Origin: an uncultured virus (IMG/VR IMGVR_UViG_3300037524_000956)
Taxonomy: Duplodnaviria > Heunggongvirae > Uroviricota > Caudoviricetes
DNA: 64,000 nucleotides
IMG/VR virus record: IMGVR_UViG_3300037524_000956
Reading direction: 5' to 3' (one strand)
Shown: one piece after another, positions 34,465 through 44,872 of the stretch
Layout: every line of letters starts with the position of its first letter
Numbering within the stretch: position 1 is the first letter of the stretch
Translations under genes and position numbers: made by a program
Notes under the pieces: model-generated
Told to the model about the DNA's origin: nothing
Seen by the model: only the letters and a program-made list of their open reading frames with translations
The model's database searches: none

Positions 34465-36986
34465 GTTTTTGACCTCCGCGAGAGCGGATCTACAATTAGT
34501 TCCATCCCCCCTACATCCATACGACCCCCGTTGCGGTTGTACAGCATAATTCCAGCCGTATGAAACTTGATCCCTCTCCCCACCTTCATCTTATGGGTGC
34601 CGTAGGCAGGGGCGTTATCCGTGGACGTTTGGTAGCGCCAAGTCGTTTTTTCGTCAGAAATCACTTCCAGCGTCAGCCCGTCATCTTCCCGAGTACTGAG
34701 ATACACTGTAGAAAGCCGCTTCGCCCGATTGGTGTTGAAGGTCTGAGGTGCAAACCGCACGGTCGCCTGGATTGTGGCGGAACCATCCAAATCGCCGTCC
34801 AGGCGGATGAGTTCTCCCGAACGAAGTCCGTACAACCGGCCATGTGCGGTAATCAGTTTATCCAGCCCCCCTAACAGCAGGGTCGTTACGGCCCCCGTTG
34901 TTAGGTTCACGGTATAGGTGGTTTCCGTCGCTACCGTTGTTGCGGTCAGTCCTACCCCAGGACTGACTTGAGCGCTTGCTGTCAGGATAGGTGCAGGGAC
35001 AATTAGTATAACTTGTGCAATCGCACCGACAATTCCGGTAGCGGTCAGAATCGGTGCAGGAACCTCCAGCACCACACTTGCCACACTACCGACCGTTCCT
35101 GTCGCTGTTAATTCAGGAGCGGGAACCGTCAGTTCAATTTGAGCGATCCCTTCAACCCTTCCTGTTGCGGTCAGGATCGGGGCCAGCACTTCCAGACTGG
35201 CATACGCCCCGGTAGCCGCAGTAAGGATAGGCGCGGGAACTTCAAGCTCTACAGACGCCAGAATCGAGTTGGTTGCTGTGGCCGTCAATTCCGGCGCAGG
35301 GACCTCCAGTTCAGCCCGAGCGACAGCTTGCACCGTCCCCGTAGAAGTCAACACCGGAGCGGGAACTGTCAACGGAGCAACGGCACCCGTATAAGCGGTA
35401 AGAATCGGAGCCGGCACAATCACTGACAACCGGATATTGTCGTCGTGGTTAGCTGTAGCGGTCAGGATCGGCGCGGGAACCTGTAAATCTGCAAACGCAT
35501 TGAAGAGCAGTTGCCGGTTATCCATCAACCAAGGGGGCCACTCAGCCAATAAATACTGGCGATAATTTGAGTACCCACCGGCAAACAAGGGGCCAATTTC
35601 AACACCCCCAAAAGCAACATCCCCCTCACTACCTATTGCATCTAACGGCCCCAGTCCCGCCGTACCGTAGCAAACATCAATAACCCCTTCGTAGCCATAG
35701 GCAGCTACCGGGCTTAAGTAAGCGTCTCCGGCGTTGTACTCAGGCAGCAACAGGTCTTCTTGCCCCCAAACACTCAGCGGCCCTACCGACACTGCGCCCC
35801 AGCTAGGATCACCCTCCGCCCCGGTTACACCAACTGGACCTATAGAAATAGACCCCCGGTTAATGTCCGCTTCCGTGCCAGCGGCTTGAACTGGACCAAT
35901 CCCAATAAATCCTAAGTTAATCGGTTCCTCAGAACCAATCGCCCCCACCGGACCGACAAGCGCAACCCCTACCGATACATCATATAGTAAAGCTTCGTCA
36001 CCTAATTCAATTAAATCAAGGATTGCTTCAATCAAAAGCAAAACAGTAGGTGAGTCTTCTGAACCGATTAACAAAAAGTAGTTGACTTGATCTACTAAAG
36101 AATTAAGCGCTTCAATAAAAGTAGAATCCGGGTTTTGTTCTTCTAATTCGCTTATGTAATCTGTTATCCCATCCCATAGGCTTACAGTCTCATCAATGAT
36201 CGCTTGTTCTGCTTGACTAATTAAATCAATGATTTCTTGAATTAGCTCAAGAATGTCATCAACGTCTGATGTGTCCAACCCCCCATTTATAATATCTTCT
36301 ACTTGAAGAATTAGACTATACAGCGTGTCTATTAAATAAAAATTATCATAGTTCGTTTTTAATGAGGTAATGATAGCGACAATGCTATCCCAGATAATAT
36401 CTACCCCAGTTAAAACAACTGGGTCACTGGTTAAAAGTGTCTGAACATCTTCAACCAACGCAAGAATTTGTTGTAGATCGTAATCTATTTCCCCTAGTAT
36501 TCTTTCCCCATTCTCTAATAAATTTTTTACTGTTTGTATTTGAGCGATTACAGAATCAGGAACATCAGTGCCAATAGTATCATAATTTAAAATACAGGCA
36601 TCAATAACTGTATCTAAATATGCATATAACGAACAATCACCAAAAACTGTTCCGGCTGACGGGGTTGAGCTAGTGTAAATAAGAATTTCATCAACAAAAT
36701 ACCGAATAACCTCATCCAGTCGTTCTATTTTATAAACAGCACCAGAGACAACAGGATATTTACTTGTTTTTATTTCCCCACTTTCAATAATTTGATAATA
36801 CTGAGGATCAATAAAAAATGCGTAATCTAGCTCAAAATAGTTGGCGCTATTGTTAGCATTGTTCAGACCACATGCGACTCCTATAGGGTTTTCTACCCTA
36901 AAGGTGAACGCCCCGTCGTTAGAGAATGACTCGACAGTTCGAGCGTCAGCGTCCCACCCTGGGGTATTTCTATAGATAAGAGTCAT
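34461..36986 (-). CDS. Repeat-rich tail/virion protein
   Basis: 841 aa; acidic helical insert, IGPV repeats, tandem VPAPxLTAT repeats. Confidence 0.7.
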   Translation of the reverse strand: MTLIYRNTPGWDADARTVESFSNDGAFTFRVENPIGVACGLNNANNSANYFELDYAFFIDPQYYQIIESGEIKTSKYPVVSGAVYKIERLDEVIRYFVDEILIYTSSTPSAGTVFGDCSLYAYLDTVIDACILNYDTIGTDVPDSVIAQIQTVKNLLENGERILGEIDYDLQQILALVEDVQTLLTSDPVVLTGVDIIWDSIVAIITSLKTNYDNFYLIDTLYSLILQVEDIINGGLDTSDVDDILELIQEIIDLISQAEQAIIDETVSLWDGITDYISELEEQNPDSTFIEALNSLVDQVNYFLLIGSEDSPTVLLLIEAILDLIELGDEALLYDVSVGVALVGPVGAIGSEEPINLGFIGIGPVQAAGTEADINRGSISIGPVGVTGAEGDPSWGAVSVGPLSVWGQEDLLLPEYNAGDAYLSPVAAYGYEGVIDVCYGTAGLGPLDAIGSEGDVAFGGVEIGPLFAGGYSNYRQYLLAEWPPWLMDNRQLLFNAFADLQVPAPILTATANHDDNIRLSVIVPAPILTAYTGAVAPLTVPAPVLTSTGTVQAVARAELEVPAPELTATATNSILASVELEVPAPILTAATGAYASLEVLAPILTATGRVEGIAQIELTVPAPELTATGTVGSVASVVLEVPAPILTATGIVGAIAQVILIVPAPILTASAQVSPGVGLTATTVATETTYTVNLTTGAVTTLLLGGLDKLITAHGRLYGLRSGELIRLDGDLDGSATIQATVRFAPQTFNTNRAKRLSTVYLSTREDDGLTLEVISDEKTTWRYQTSTDNAPAYGTHKMKVGRGIKFHTAGIMLYNRNGGRMDVGGMELIVDPLSRRSKT

Positions 36987-36998
36987 GGTTAATCTCTA

Positions 36999-37286
36999 TC
37001 ATGGGGGAGAAGGGATAGAAATCCCATCAAACCCTGAATTTATTACAGGAACTCTTACATACTCCCCTCTATCAAGTCCTATCCCTCCTACCTGTACCCA
37101 CTCCCATTCACTATTAACATCGGGTGGAATGGAAACAGGAACAGGGATGTTAATTCTTGGGACGGGAATCGGAATTGTTAGATTAGAATAAAAAGTCGTG
37201 GGGGATAGCGGTAAAATAGGCGGAGGAAGAATTACTTCTTCTAAAGTTCTTCCAGTGATTTTGTAAAGCAAACTTCCAGAAGCCAT
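36999..37286 (-). CDS. Hypothetical Pro-rich protein
   Basis: ORF in the late operon. Confidence 0.5.
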   Translation of the reverse strand: MASGSLLYKITGRTLEEVILPPPILPLSPTTFYSNLTIPIPVPRINIPVPVSIPPDVNSEWEWVQVGGIGLDRGEYVRVPVINSGFDGISIPSPP

Positions 37287-37288
37287 TG

Positions 37289-37741
37289 CTAAACTCCCAT
37301 AGATAGAGCGAACGCGAATTGCTCAATTTCAACATTGGTACTTGCAGTGATGTTCGTCAACGCTAAAACCAATTCTGTCCCTACTAGCCCGTCAACCCGT
37401 GGGTAATAGGTGCTTTCATCCAACGGATCTAAATCAGCCCAACACCAGCGCCACCAGGTCGGTATTCCATTGGCGCTACCTTTCAGCCGCCAGTCCCCGT
37501 TGTTGACCAGCACCCCAGGAGATTCAAGGGCGATTAGCAAGCCCGCCGTAGAGTTCGGGTCTCCAGGAACAAAAACCTGCCCCCCGGTTGTGATTTGCCC
37601 TAGTTCAGTTGTTCCTGGAGGCAAATCAGGGGAGGATGGCCGCTCATCGCCATAGATGCGAATCACCCCGCCATTCATTAACAGCCCCAGGCCATACTGA
37701 GCCGCTACGGCATTTCGCAATCCAGTCGAGAAGCGCGCCAT
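37289..37741 (-). CDS. Tail-associated protein, STGL paralog 1
   Basis: MARFSTGLRN...IRIYG...RVDG. Confidence 0.7.
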   Translation of the reverse strand: MARFSTGLRNAVAAQYGLGLLMNGGVIRIYGDERPSSPDLPPGTTELGQITTGGQVFVPGDPNSTAGLLIALESPGVLVNNGDWRLKGSANGIPTWWRWCWADLDPLDESTYYPRVDGLVGTELVLALTNITASTNVEIEQFAFALSMGV

Positions 37742-37751
37742 GAGCTTACCC

Positions 37752-38213
37752 TCAGTTAGTTAATACAGAAACAGAGAAGGCATCCAATACCTTAGCGTCG
37801 AGCGCAGCGTCAGTGGACAACGTAGGGGTAGTCAAGTAAACATCGACACCCGCCGTATTACCACAGGTTCCTTGAATCCTAGAAAGCACTGTAGAAATTC
37901 CCCCAATGCTCCCGGCTTTTTCTGTCGCGTCAATAAACCGCCAATAGTTCGGCGTTCCGGCGGTAGTCGCCCCCTGCCATGCCTCCGTTGTTGTTTTTAC
38001 AGCAGCCGTAGCGACAGCGGCGGCCTCAAAAGTCAACCCGGTACCATCCCCATCTACGGTCACTGTCCAGCGAAGCGACCCTGCTACAGCCGCATCAGCG
38101 GTCGCGGGTTCTGTTCCCTCGTAAAACATCAGTTGCCCACCATCCAGCGCATCTTTCACACTGCCCGTCACTGCCAAATGGGTACGTAACCCGGTCGAAG
38201 TCTTAATTGCCAT
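37752..38213 (-). CDS. Tail-associated protein, STGL paralog 2
   Basis: MAIKTSTGLR...PATADAA...RIQG. Confidence 0.7.
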   Translation of the reverse strand: MAIKTSTGLRTHLAVTGSVKDALDGGQLMFYEGTEPATADAAVAGSLRWTVTVDGDGTGLTFEAAAVATAAVKTTTEAWQGATTAGTPNYWRFIDATEKAGSIGGISTVLSRIQGTCGNTAGVDVYLTTPTLSTDAALDAKVLDAFSVSVLTN

Positions 38214-38217
38214 AATA

Positions 38218-38403
38218 TCACCATTTGCCCAAAGGGCATTGTTTGGAAAATAGAACCTTGGACGCTATCGGGCATCCGCAGACTTTGCAACGATCATACC
38301 CAGTTAAACGCATTAGGGGATACACCCGCTCAACCTCCGAACACTCTTGACAGATTCGCCGGCGTTGTTCTTTGCGAGGCGGTGTAATTCTTGTAGATAC
38401 CAT
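38218..38403 (-). CDS. Small Cys-rich (zinc-binding-like) protein
   Basis: RRRICQEC...CKVCGC...CPLGKW. Confidence 0.65.
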   Translation of the reverse strand: MVSTRITPPRKEQRRRICQECSEVERVYPLMRLTGYDRCKVCGCPIASKVLFSKQCPLGKW

Positions 38404-38415
38404 TTCCTCTATTTG

Positions 38416-38952
38416 TTAAAAAGGCGCTTCTTGGAACATCTCCATAAGTTGCGGGTCTTTAGTTGGAGAAGAAATCCCACCTAATGAAGACCGCACATCA
38501 TAAATATAAAACGAGTCTAATTTATCGCCAGAGGCCGGAGGTGCTGTTATCTCATAAAATATTAAATTTTCTGCCTCTAGCGGAATAATAAACGTCCATT
38601 CGTATTTATCACCAACTAATAATGGGGTTATGTCTGTATTATAAAGAGAAATATATCCAGTAAAAAGCAACTTTAATTGTATACGTTTGATAGGGTTGTC
38701 AGCAAAATACTCTTTATCAGTAACTACAGTAATTTCATCGCCCGCAGAAAAAGTAAACCACTCTGCATTATAACTCGGGTCTGTGTCAACCACAGTCAGT
38801 ACGCTTTCTCCATAAAGCGGGTTTGGTGGTTCATAATAACTAGAAAATCCATACAACCAAACTCCATCTATAAAAATACTATTACCTTCTTGGATATCGC
38901 AAACCTCTTCCGTTCCACGATAAGAATTCCATGCAGGGCAAGAACATGTCAT
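38416..38952 (-). CDS. Hypothetical protein
   Basis: GAGG RBS, AT-rich. Confidence 0.6.
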   Translation of the reverse strand: MTCSCPAWNSYRGTEEVCDIQEGNSIFIDGVWLYGFSSYYEPPNPLYGESVLTVVDTDPSYNAEWFTFSAGDEITVVTDKEYFADNPIKRIQLKLLFTGYISLYNTDITPLLVGDKYEWTFIIPLEAENLIFYEITAPPASGDKLDSFYIYDVRSSLGGISSPTKDPQLMEMFQEAPF

Positions 38953-38970
38953 CTTAAACCTCTCTAGTCA

Positions 38971-41900
38971 TCAAACGGTCCCCAAAGGATAAAGGTCTTT
39001 TACCGTATCCTCTGGGAATACCAGCGCATCCAGATCAAAATTTGCGTATGTTATCACTTGTTCTTCTTCGGGAAGTTCAATATCCCATGAATCACCTTTC
39101 CAGCGAATACGCAACACCACTCGATCTTGATAACGTGCGAATTGACAGTAAACATCATCAATTATATCAGTTGCACGATAAATGTCATTATGAACTATTG
39201 GCAACCCGGCGTTGTAGCCTACCCCGATCCAAGAGACATTGTCTTTTGTCGTAGTCAATAAAAAGTCATTTCTCATAGACCGAAACCCTAATAAAGAATT
39301 CTGTACCCCCTTTAAAGCACGGCCTTGAGTAAATCCAATACTGCCCGCAGCATCGTAAGAAGATTCAACAACCGGGGTTGCCACTTCTGGTAAAACCCGG
39401 CTGTCCGATCCTGATATATTAATTCGCGTACTTAAATAAAGGTACACATTCTTTAGCGCGTACTGATCTACATCAAGTTCTTCAATTATAGGGGGTCTTG
39501 GAAGCCATCGGTCGTATTTATAAGTAGGTCCAGGAGCAATCCAAAACCGCTGTACGGGAATATTCTCATTCACTAAAGTTTTAATCAGTGTTGAGTTGTG
39601 GTAAATTTCCAGAGTATTCCCAAAAATCCCGTCAGTGCTGTCAAGAGATGAGGATTTTGTCAGCAACAATTTTGCATAGGCACAATCTTCGGCCCGTGGG
39701 TCAAGATAAATGATCTGAGTTAAGTAGCTATCTTCACTTAAATCAGCGTGTTCTTCTTCCCCAATATCATTTCTGACTACACCTACATCGAACAATCCAA
39801 CTCTATTTAGCGAAGGGTACACTATTTCATGTGCCGTAAAATAGTATGAAGCACCTGCTGATAAAACACGATTATTAATGTCTTGCTTTAGGTAGACTTT
39901 TAAATACACCAACTCATCTTCTATATCGTAATAAGGAAAAACGGATTGGGTATCTTCCCCAATTTGTGTATAGGAAATTGCTTGATTATCCCCATCAACA
40001 GTAAGTGTGTATTCAATCTCCGGCCCAACACCGTAATTAACATCTAATTCCAATATTCCATCTATAATATGTACCCAACCAATTACTATTTGCATCGGTT
40101 GTGCATCCGTTGCAAAAGCTTGAAAATAGAAGGCATCCTCTGGAAAACTACGTTGTTCTTTGATAAACGAAAAGACCCCTGCACTTCCATCCTTCTTAAA
40201 AAACACCATCGAATGTATAAGTGGGATACGGCTAAACCCATAAACAGAAGCCATGTCTTGAAGATAAGCCGTTCCGCCGCTTTCTATTACCCAATCGACA
40301 TGATTCCCATGAACAGGCCTACTATAAACCATCACATTTTTATCGGTGTATGGTGTTTTCGTATAATACACCACAGTACGAAACATAGGAATTTCGTCTT
40401 TATAATAAGCCACGGCACCAATGATCCAGACTAGATTTCCGGCGATAATAAGGTCGGTTGCTGGATTACATTCAATCAATCGCCCTTGGTAAGTAAAATA
40501 ATTGATGGCCCGCAAAGAACTAATAGGAATCTCCCCCGCACGATTCAACCACGACTCATCGTCTCGATAACTAGTAGGAAACCCAATAGGGCTTTGATAA
40601 GCGAACAATCCACAACGGCCAGCAGTTCCTTCTTGAGTCACATGCCCACCGTAAACCCATGCTTCGCGCTGACAAAAAACTTCTGACCAAGCATATCCAG
40701 CAACAGGAGGATCAAAAGAACTAACCGCCCCTCCACTTTGCTGATCAACCCCATATTCTGTTATAGAAACTCCAGCATTTCCAGCAACATCTAAAGAGGT
40801 TGACCCTGGAATATCCCAGTTGTCTGAAATAATATTAGCATAATGATAGGGAGAGTTTTTCCACCAAATAGCTGCTCTCGCCCCGGCAAGAACATCTACA
40901 CCTGAAAGACTGGAAAAATATAGATTTTCACCTACCGTCCAGTTATTGGCCCCTCCATTCATTGAACGATCTTCCGTTCGGTAATACCCTTCTCGATAAT
41001 TCGTCGAATGATGATACATAATTTTAGCGCGCTGCATTTCGCTAATCACCATACGAGACAGCCCTACATATCCACGAATCTCACGGCAGAGAGAACTTTT
41101 ACCAACATCTGAACGATATTTATTCGTCAGCAGGAAAATAGCTTCTTGCGCGTCATTTAAGTAAAGCAGTTCTTCTGGCCAATGACAGAACCAATTTTCT
41201 GATTCTTCTTCATAAATCAGTGAAACCCCGGTTTCGTCAAACTGCCTCAGCGGAATCTCGCCGATAATCGCCCCTTCATCATCCAACTCTGGCATCTTTT
41301 TTGGTTTAAATTTCTTACTTACACGGCCTAAATTGTAGCCAGGTTCATCAATCCAGTTAATACGATTCTCATCTAGCTCCCAAAAACTATTATCAATATC
41401 GGCAGGCGTATAAAACAACGGTGCATAAACAACGGGCAACCTACTAGGGGCGCTATCCTCGATTCGTTCACGAAGACGGGGGTTTTCTTCTGGCAATTTC
41501 TTGTCTATTTTTTCCTGTTCATCAGCATCAAATCCTTTGATAAATCCTTTTTTATCAAGATACTTATTGTTCTCGAACCGATTGATAAGTACTTGACTTA
41601 CACATTCGTTTTCCTTACTTTCGATTCGTGTACCAAATGGGGGGTTAATCTTTTCACCTCCCACAAAGTACTGCACGTTGTTTTCTTCCTCCAATGTCCC
41701 CGGTTCACGTTTTGGAAACCCGTAGCCAAATTCAGCAGACGCACTTCGCGGAGTTAATGCAATCCCTTCAGGAATCCAAGCCAACAGCAAAAAATTACCT
41801 TCCGATGCAGTAATCCACACTTTACAAATTTTTGACTTTATATTATTAACCACACGAATTTGTACTTCGTTACTCACCCTCCAAACTTTTGAGATGATCC

Positions 41901-41997
41901 CCGCCGCGAACGTCGAGCGTCCGAAATCTTTAGCCATCCCTACGTACTTGTACGCTTCCGTAGGGTTGCCTTCAAAGAGGATACGGGGGGATATCAT
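38971..41997 (-). CDS. Large tail-region protein containing a CAP/SCP-like domain
   Basis: TNKYRSDVG...MYHHS...VGENLY...WWKNSPYHYANII. Confidence 0.7.
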   Translation of the reverse strand: MISPRILFEGNPTEAYKYVGMAKDFGRSTFAAGIISKVWRVSNEVQIRVVNNIKSKICKVWITASEGNFLLLAWIPEGIALTPRSASAEFGYGFPKREPGTLEEENNVQYFVGGEKINPPFGTRIESKENECVSQVLINRFENNKYLDKKGFIKGFDADEQEKIDKKLPEENPRLRERIEDSAPSRLPVVYAPLFYTPADIDNSFWELDENRINWIDEPGYNLGRVSKKFKPKKMPELDDEGAIIGEIPLRQFDETGVSLIYEEESENWFCHWPEELLYLNDAQEAIFLLTNKYRSDVGKSSLCREIRGYVGLSRMVISEMQRAKIMYHHSTNYREGYYRTEDRSMNGGANNWTVGENLYFSSLSGVDVLAGARAAIWWKNSPYHYANIISDNWDIPGSTSLDVAGNAGVSITEYGVDQQSGGAVSSFDPPVAGYAWSEVFCQREAWVYGGHVTQEGTAGRCGLFAYQSPIGFPTSYRDDESWLNRAGEIPISSLRAINYFTYQGRLIECNPATDLIIAGNLVWIIGAVAYYKDEIPMFRTVVYYTKTPYTDKNVMVYSRPVHGNHVDWVIESGGTAYLQDMASVYGFSRIPLIHSMVFFKKDGSAGVFSFIKEQRSFPEDAFYFQAFATDAQPMQIVIGWVHIIDGILELDVNYGVGPEIEYTLTVDGDNQAISYTQIGEDTQSVFPYYDIEDELVYLKVYLKQDINNRVLSAGASYYFTAHEIVYPSLNRVGLFDVGVVRNDIGEEEHADLSEDSYLTQIIYLDPRAEDCAYAKLLLTKSSSLDSTDGIFGNTLEIYHNSTLIKTLVNENIPVQRFWIAPGPTYKYDRWLPRPPIIEELDVDQYALKNVYLYLSTRINISGSDSRVLPEVATPVVESSYDAAGSIGFTQGRALKGVQNSLLGFRSMRNDFLLTTTKDNVSWIGVGYNAGLPIVHNDIYRATDIIDDVYCQFARYQDRVVLRIRWKGDSWDIELPEEEQVITYANFDLDALVFPEDTVKDLYPLGTV

Positions 41998-42001
41998 TGG
42001 T

Positions 42002-42490
42002 TTACAGCGTAGACGGCCAGGACAACTGGTAAGTGTCTACCGTGGTGGACGCACCCTCAACAATCGTGAGATTGCTAAGACTCATTTCCGCACCGCTGGT
42101 ACTAATCCGCCCGTCAATGCGCGGGAGGGTGGTGGATATCCCTTGATTGTCCGCTGGATTACCACTGTGCCTAAACCAGCCCGCCGTGGTTCCCGTGCCT
42201 GCTGCAGCTAGGCCGACTCCGCTCCAAACCTCTCCCGAATCTTTAGTCATCACTCCCGCAGCCGGAGCTGCGAAGTCCAATCCGTTTGTCGCTGTTCCAT
42301 GAACAAACGCACCAGAAGCCACCGTTACAATCATCAACAGGGTTCCGGTCGCAGCGGCGTCAGCGGTTGCTGGCTGGCTTCCCGAGTAAATGTAAATTAC
42401 CCCATGCTCCAAGCTAGAAGTCGTTGTTACGGCTCCTTTAATAGCACCAAACAATTGATTTTTCAGGCCCGTAGAAAATTTTAAAGCCAT
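42002..42490 (-). CDS. Tail-associated protein, STGL paralog 3
   Basis: MALKFSTGLKN...IYSGSQPATADAA...RIDG. Confidence 0.7.
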   Translation of the reverse strand: MALKFSTGLKNQLFGAIKGAVTTTSSLEHGVIYIYSGSQPATADAAATGTLLMIVTVASGAFVHGTATNGLDFAAPAAGVMTKDSGEVWSGVGLAAAGTGTTAGWFRHSGNPADNQGISTTLPRIDGRISTSGAEMSLSNLTIVEGASTTVDTYQLSWPSTL

Positions 42491-42511
42491 GATAGGACTC
42501 CGGTAAAAGAA

Positions 42512-43483
42512 TTAAATACTTATCCCTTGTGGGTAAGTCGCTGAAATGAAATAAGGCGTGTAAGGACGAGTCAATTGCTTAGGCACAACCTTCCCGTATT
42601 GATGTACCACAACGTAAGTACTACCTTGGTAAGGTAAAACCCCCGCCGTGACCTGCTCCCGCTGTTGTACAGTCAAAACCTTATCCGTCATATTCTCAAA
42701 TGGGAAAGCCCGACACAGCCCTCGTTCCGTCCAGAAATGCACCCGGTTAAGGTCGTCGTGTGCCATTGCCCCAACAGGTACTCCGTAATCCGCCACGCGC
42801 TGCAAGGGGCTGCCTATCGGGTCCAGGAAAATAGCCCGGTCGGTGCCGATTACTAATCCTTGCGCCAAACTAGACAGCATCGTGACTCGCCCCGGAACCA
42901 GGACAAAATCCTTCTCCAGCCGGAACTCATGCGGGAAGTCTGGACGGCTGAAATACAGCACACTCCGATCCCGTTCTGGCTCCCAAACACTCACAACCAT
43001 TTGGCTTCTCCGCGAGCAAATCACTTCGCCCACCGGAGGGGGATAGCTAATCGGGTCAGAAAGTGGATAAGCGGCGACTGGTGGCGCTGGACAGAGCGAA
43101 CCCCAGGTAATAACCTGGTGAGGATACACGGCCCAGGAAGCGGCCTTGGATTGCAAGAAAAAGGCATAGCCTAATTCAGCCCACTGAAACGGTCCGCCCG
43201 TGACTCCGGTATGTAGCGGGAGAGTCTCCCCCTCTTCGGTAAGTTCCACCAGCGCATTGCCAGTCGTAATCGCCAACAATCGTCCGTTGCGCGTCCCGTA
43301 CACGTCCGTAAAGCCTGATAAAAACGCTTCAACCCCCGGTCGGCGGGTAAGATACCCGGCATCATCACACAGGACGTTTTCCGCAGTCAGTTGCCACTCC
43401 AAGCCCAAACGAGTAGGATCAATGCGGTTGTTCAACCCTTTAAACCCCTGCACGATATTCGGAGAAGCGCCAGACTCAGCCAT
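42512..43483 (-). CDS. Putative tail nozzle/stabilisation protein
   Basis: FKGLNN...AENV..DDAG.L.RRPG N-terminal motif, beta-rich. Confidence 0.55.
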   Translation of the reverse strand: MAESGASPNIVQGFKGLNNRIDPTRLGLEWQLTAENVLCDDAGYLTRRPGVEAFLSGFTDVYGTRNGRLLAITTGNALVELTEEGETLPLHTGVTGGPFQWAELGYAFFLQSKAASWAVYPHQVITWGSLCPAPPVAAYPLSDPISYPPPVGEVICSRRSQMVVSVWEPERDRSVLYFSRPDFPHEFRLEKDFVLVPGRVTMLSSLAQGLVIGTDRAIFLDPIGSPLQRVADYGVPVGAMAHDDLNRVHFWTERGLCRAFPFENMTDKVLTVQQREQVTAGVLPYQGSTYVVVHQYGKVVPKQLTRPYTPYFISATYPQGISI

Positions 43484-43683
43484 TATTCGTACTCACAAGG
43501 TTTAGGATTCGTTTCCAACGCTTGCACACGCAGACAGAGTTCCTGCCCATGATGAGCGGTAAAGCGATTGCCTGCATTACGAAATTTGAGATAGTCAACG
43601 ATTTGGTAGCTCGCCAATATAAGCACAAACAACCATCCTAGTATTCCTAAAATTAATAGCACTGCTGTTCTTTTATCTTTCAT
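43483..43683 (-). CDS. Small membrane protein
   Basis: N-terminal transmembrane segment, C-terminal Cys pair. Confidence 0.55.
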   Translation of the reverse strand: MKDKRTAVLLILGILGWLFVLILASYQIVDYLKFRNAGNRFTAHHGQELCLRVQALETNPKPCEYE

Positions 43684-43689
43684 AGTAGT

Positions 43690-43980
43690 TCACTTTTTAT
43701 TCCCCTGATACCAATTCCACGTATAAGGTTTCGGTTTAGGGCGCTTTAGTAAAGATTCTGTAGACTCGTACACCTTTTGCTCCTTGAAATCATATCGCCA
43801 AGTAGGGCCGAACCAAATGATTTTTAGCTGTGGCGTCTCAAAGTTCATTCCACGGTATCCATTCGAGTAATCGCCCGTCCCGATCCCGAAACGGCGCAGG
43901 AAGAACGCAGCCGGTTTTCGGGTCAATCGTCGCCTGCAAGCCCGAGGGTTCAATCGGTGGCGGGACTTTTTTCGGCTCAC
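43690..43980 (-). CDS. Hypothetical basic protein
   Basis: GTGA overlap with the upstream gene. Confidence 0.4.
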   Translation of the reverse strand: MSRKKSRHRLNPRACRRRLTRKPAAFFLRRFGIGTGDYSNGYRGMNFETPQLKIIWFGPTWRYDFKEQKVYESTESLLKRPKPKPYTWNWYQGNKK

Positions 43981-44480
43981 TGACTTTGGTCATAGCGTAA
44001 TACCTGAAACTGAATGGGCGTACTCGCCACCAGTCGTGGCTTTGCCACCAAGTCCAGCGGATTACAAACAAACCGGCCAATGACCTGAAACCCACACGGC
44101 CCCGGAATCGCCTCGGGAGGGATTTGAACGGCGTAGGTCAACCGTCCGTGCCAAGGAGCCGGTAGCCAAGAAGGCGATTCACTGATCACGAATAGCCCAC
44201 AATCACCCACCAGCACTCTTCTCACCACACCCCAACAGTTTCTTTCCTTGCGAATGGGCTGATAGAAAATCAACACTTCATTCGGACGTCCAGTACTTGG
44301 AGTGACTTCACCCAAATCAAAAATCACCACCGGCGAAGTATCTTCTACCCAATACAACACCAGATACCCACCGTAGATTGACAGTCCCAGGATCAACAAC
44401 CGCAAACCTACGGAAATAAGGCGATCAATCCAGTGACAAAACCGGCAGGTGTTTATCCACCAGTGCTTTAGCGAAACCAC
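43977..44480 (-). CDS. Membrane-anchored protein
   Basis: Single transmembrane segment followed by a Cys-containing beta domain. Confidence 0.55.
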   Translation of the reverse strand: MVSLKHWWINTCRFCHWIDRLISVGLRLLILGLSIYGGYLVLYWVEDTSPVVIFDLGEVTPSTGRPNEVLIFYQPIRKERNCWGVVRRVLVGDCGLFVISESPSWLPAPWHGRLTYAVQIPPEAIPGPCGFQVIGRFVCNPLDLVAKPRLVASTPIQFQVLRYDQSQ

Positions 44481-44866
44481 GCTTTAAACGCCTCCAGACT
44501 CGCCGCAATCCCGCCAATCGCTGCCGTGACACCAATGAGAATCATGATGGTAAACTTGAGGGCGGTTCCTGCATGAACAATAATCTTCGCCGCTTGCAGG
44601 GTCTCTTCCTTGTCCCTCTGCCATTCCCGAATCATCGCTAACTCTGCTTTGAGTTCGGCAATCTGCGCATCCTTGCAGGTTTCCTCATCCCGCAACTGCC
44701 GAATCTCCGCCCGGTATTCCCGCTCAATATCAAGACGCGCCAGGGAATTGGAACTCACCCCGAGACGACGATCAGTCCCGGAACGGCGGTCTTTATGTAA
44801 GTTGACCATCAGTTCTTCGGGGTCATCGTCGTCTTCGTCTTCATGGAGTCGAGTGATACCGTCCAT
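44468..44866 (-). CDS. Coiled-coil protein with a C-terminal transmembrane segment
   Basis: Heptad region then FTIMILIGVTAAIGGIAA. Confidence 0.6.
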   Translation of the reverse strand: MDGITRLHEDEDDDDPEELMVNLHKDRRSGTDRRLGVSSNSLARLDIEREYRAEIRQLRDEETCKDAQIAELKAELAMIREWQRDKEETLQAAKIIVHAGTALKFTIMILIGVTAAIGGIAASLEAFKAWFR

Positions 44867-44872
44867 CTTGGC

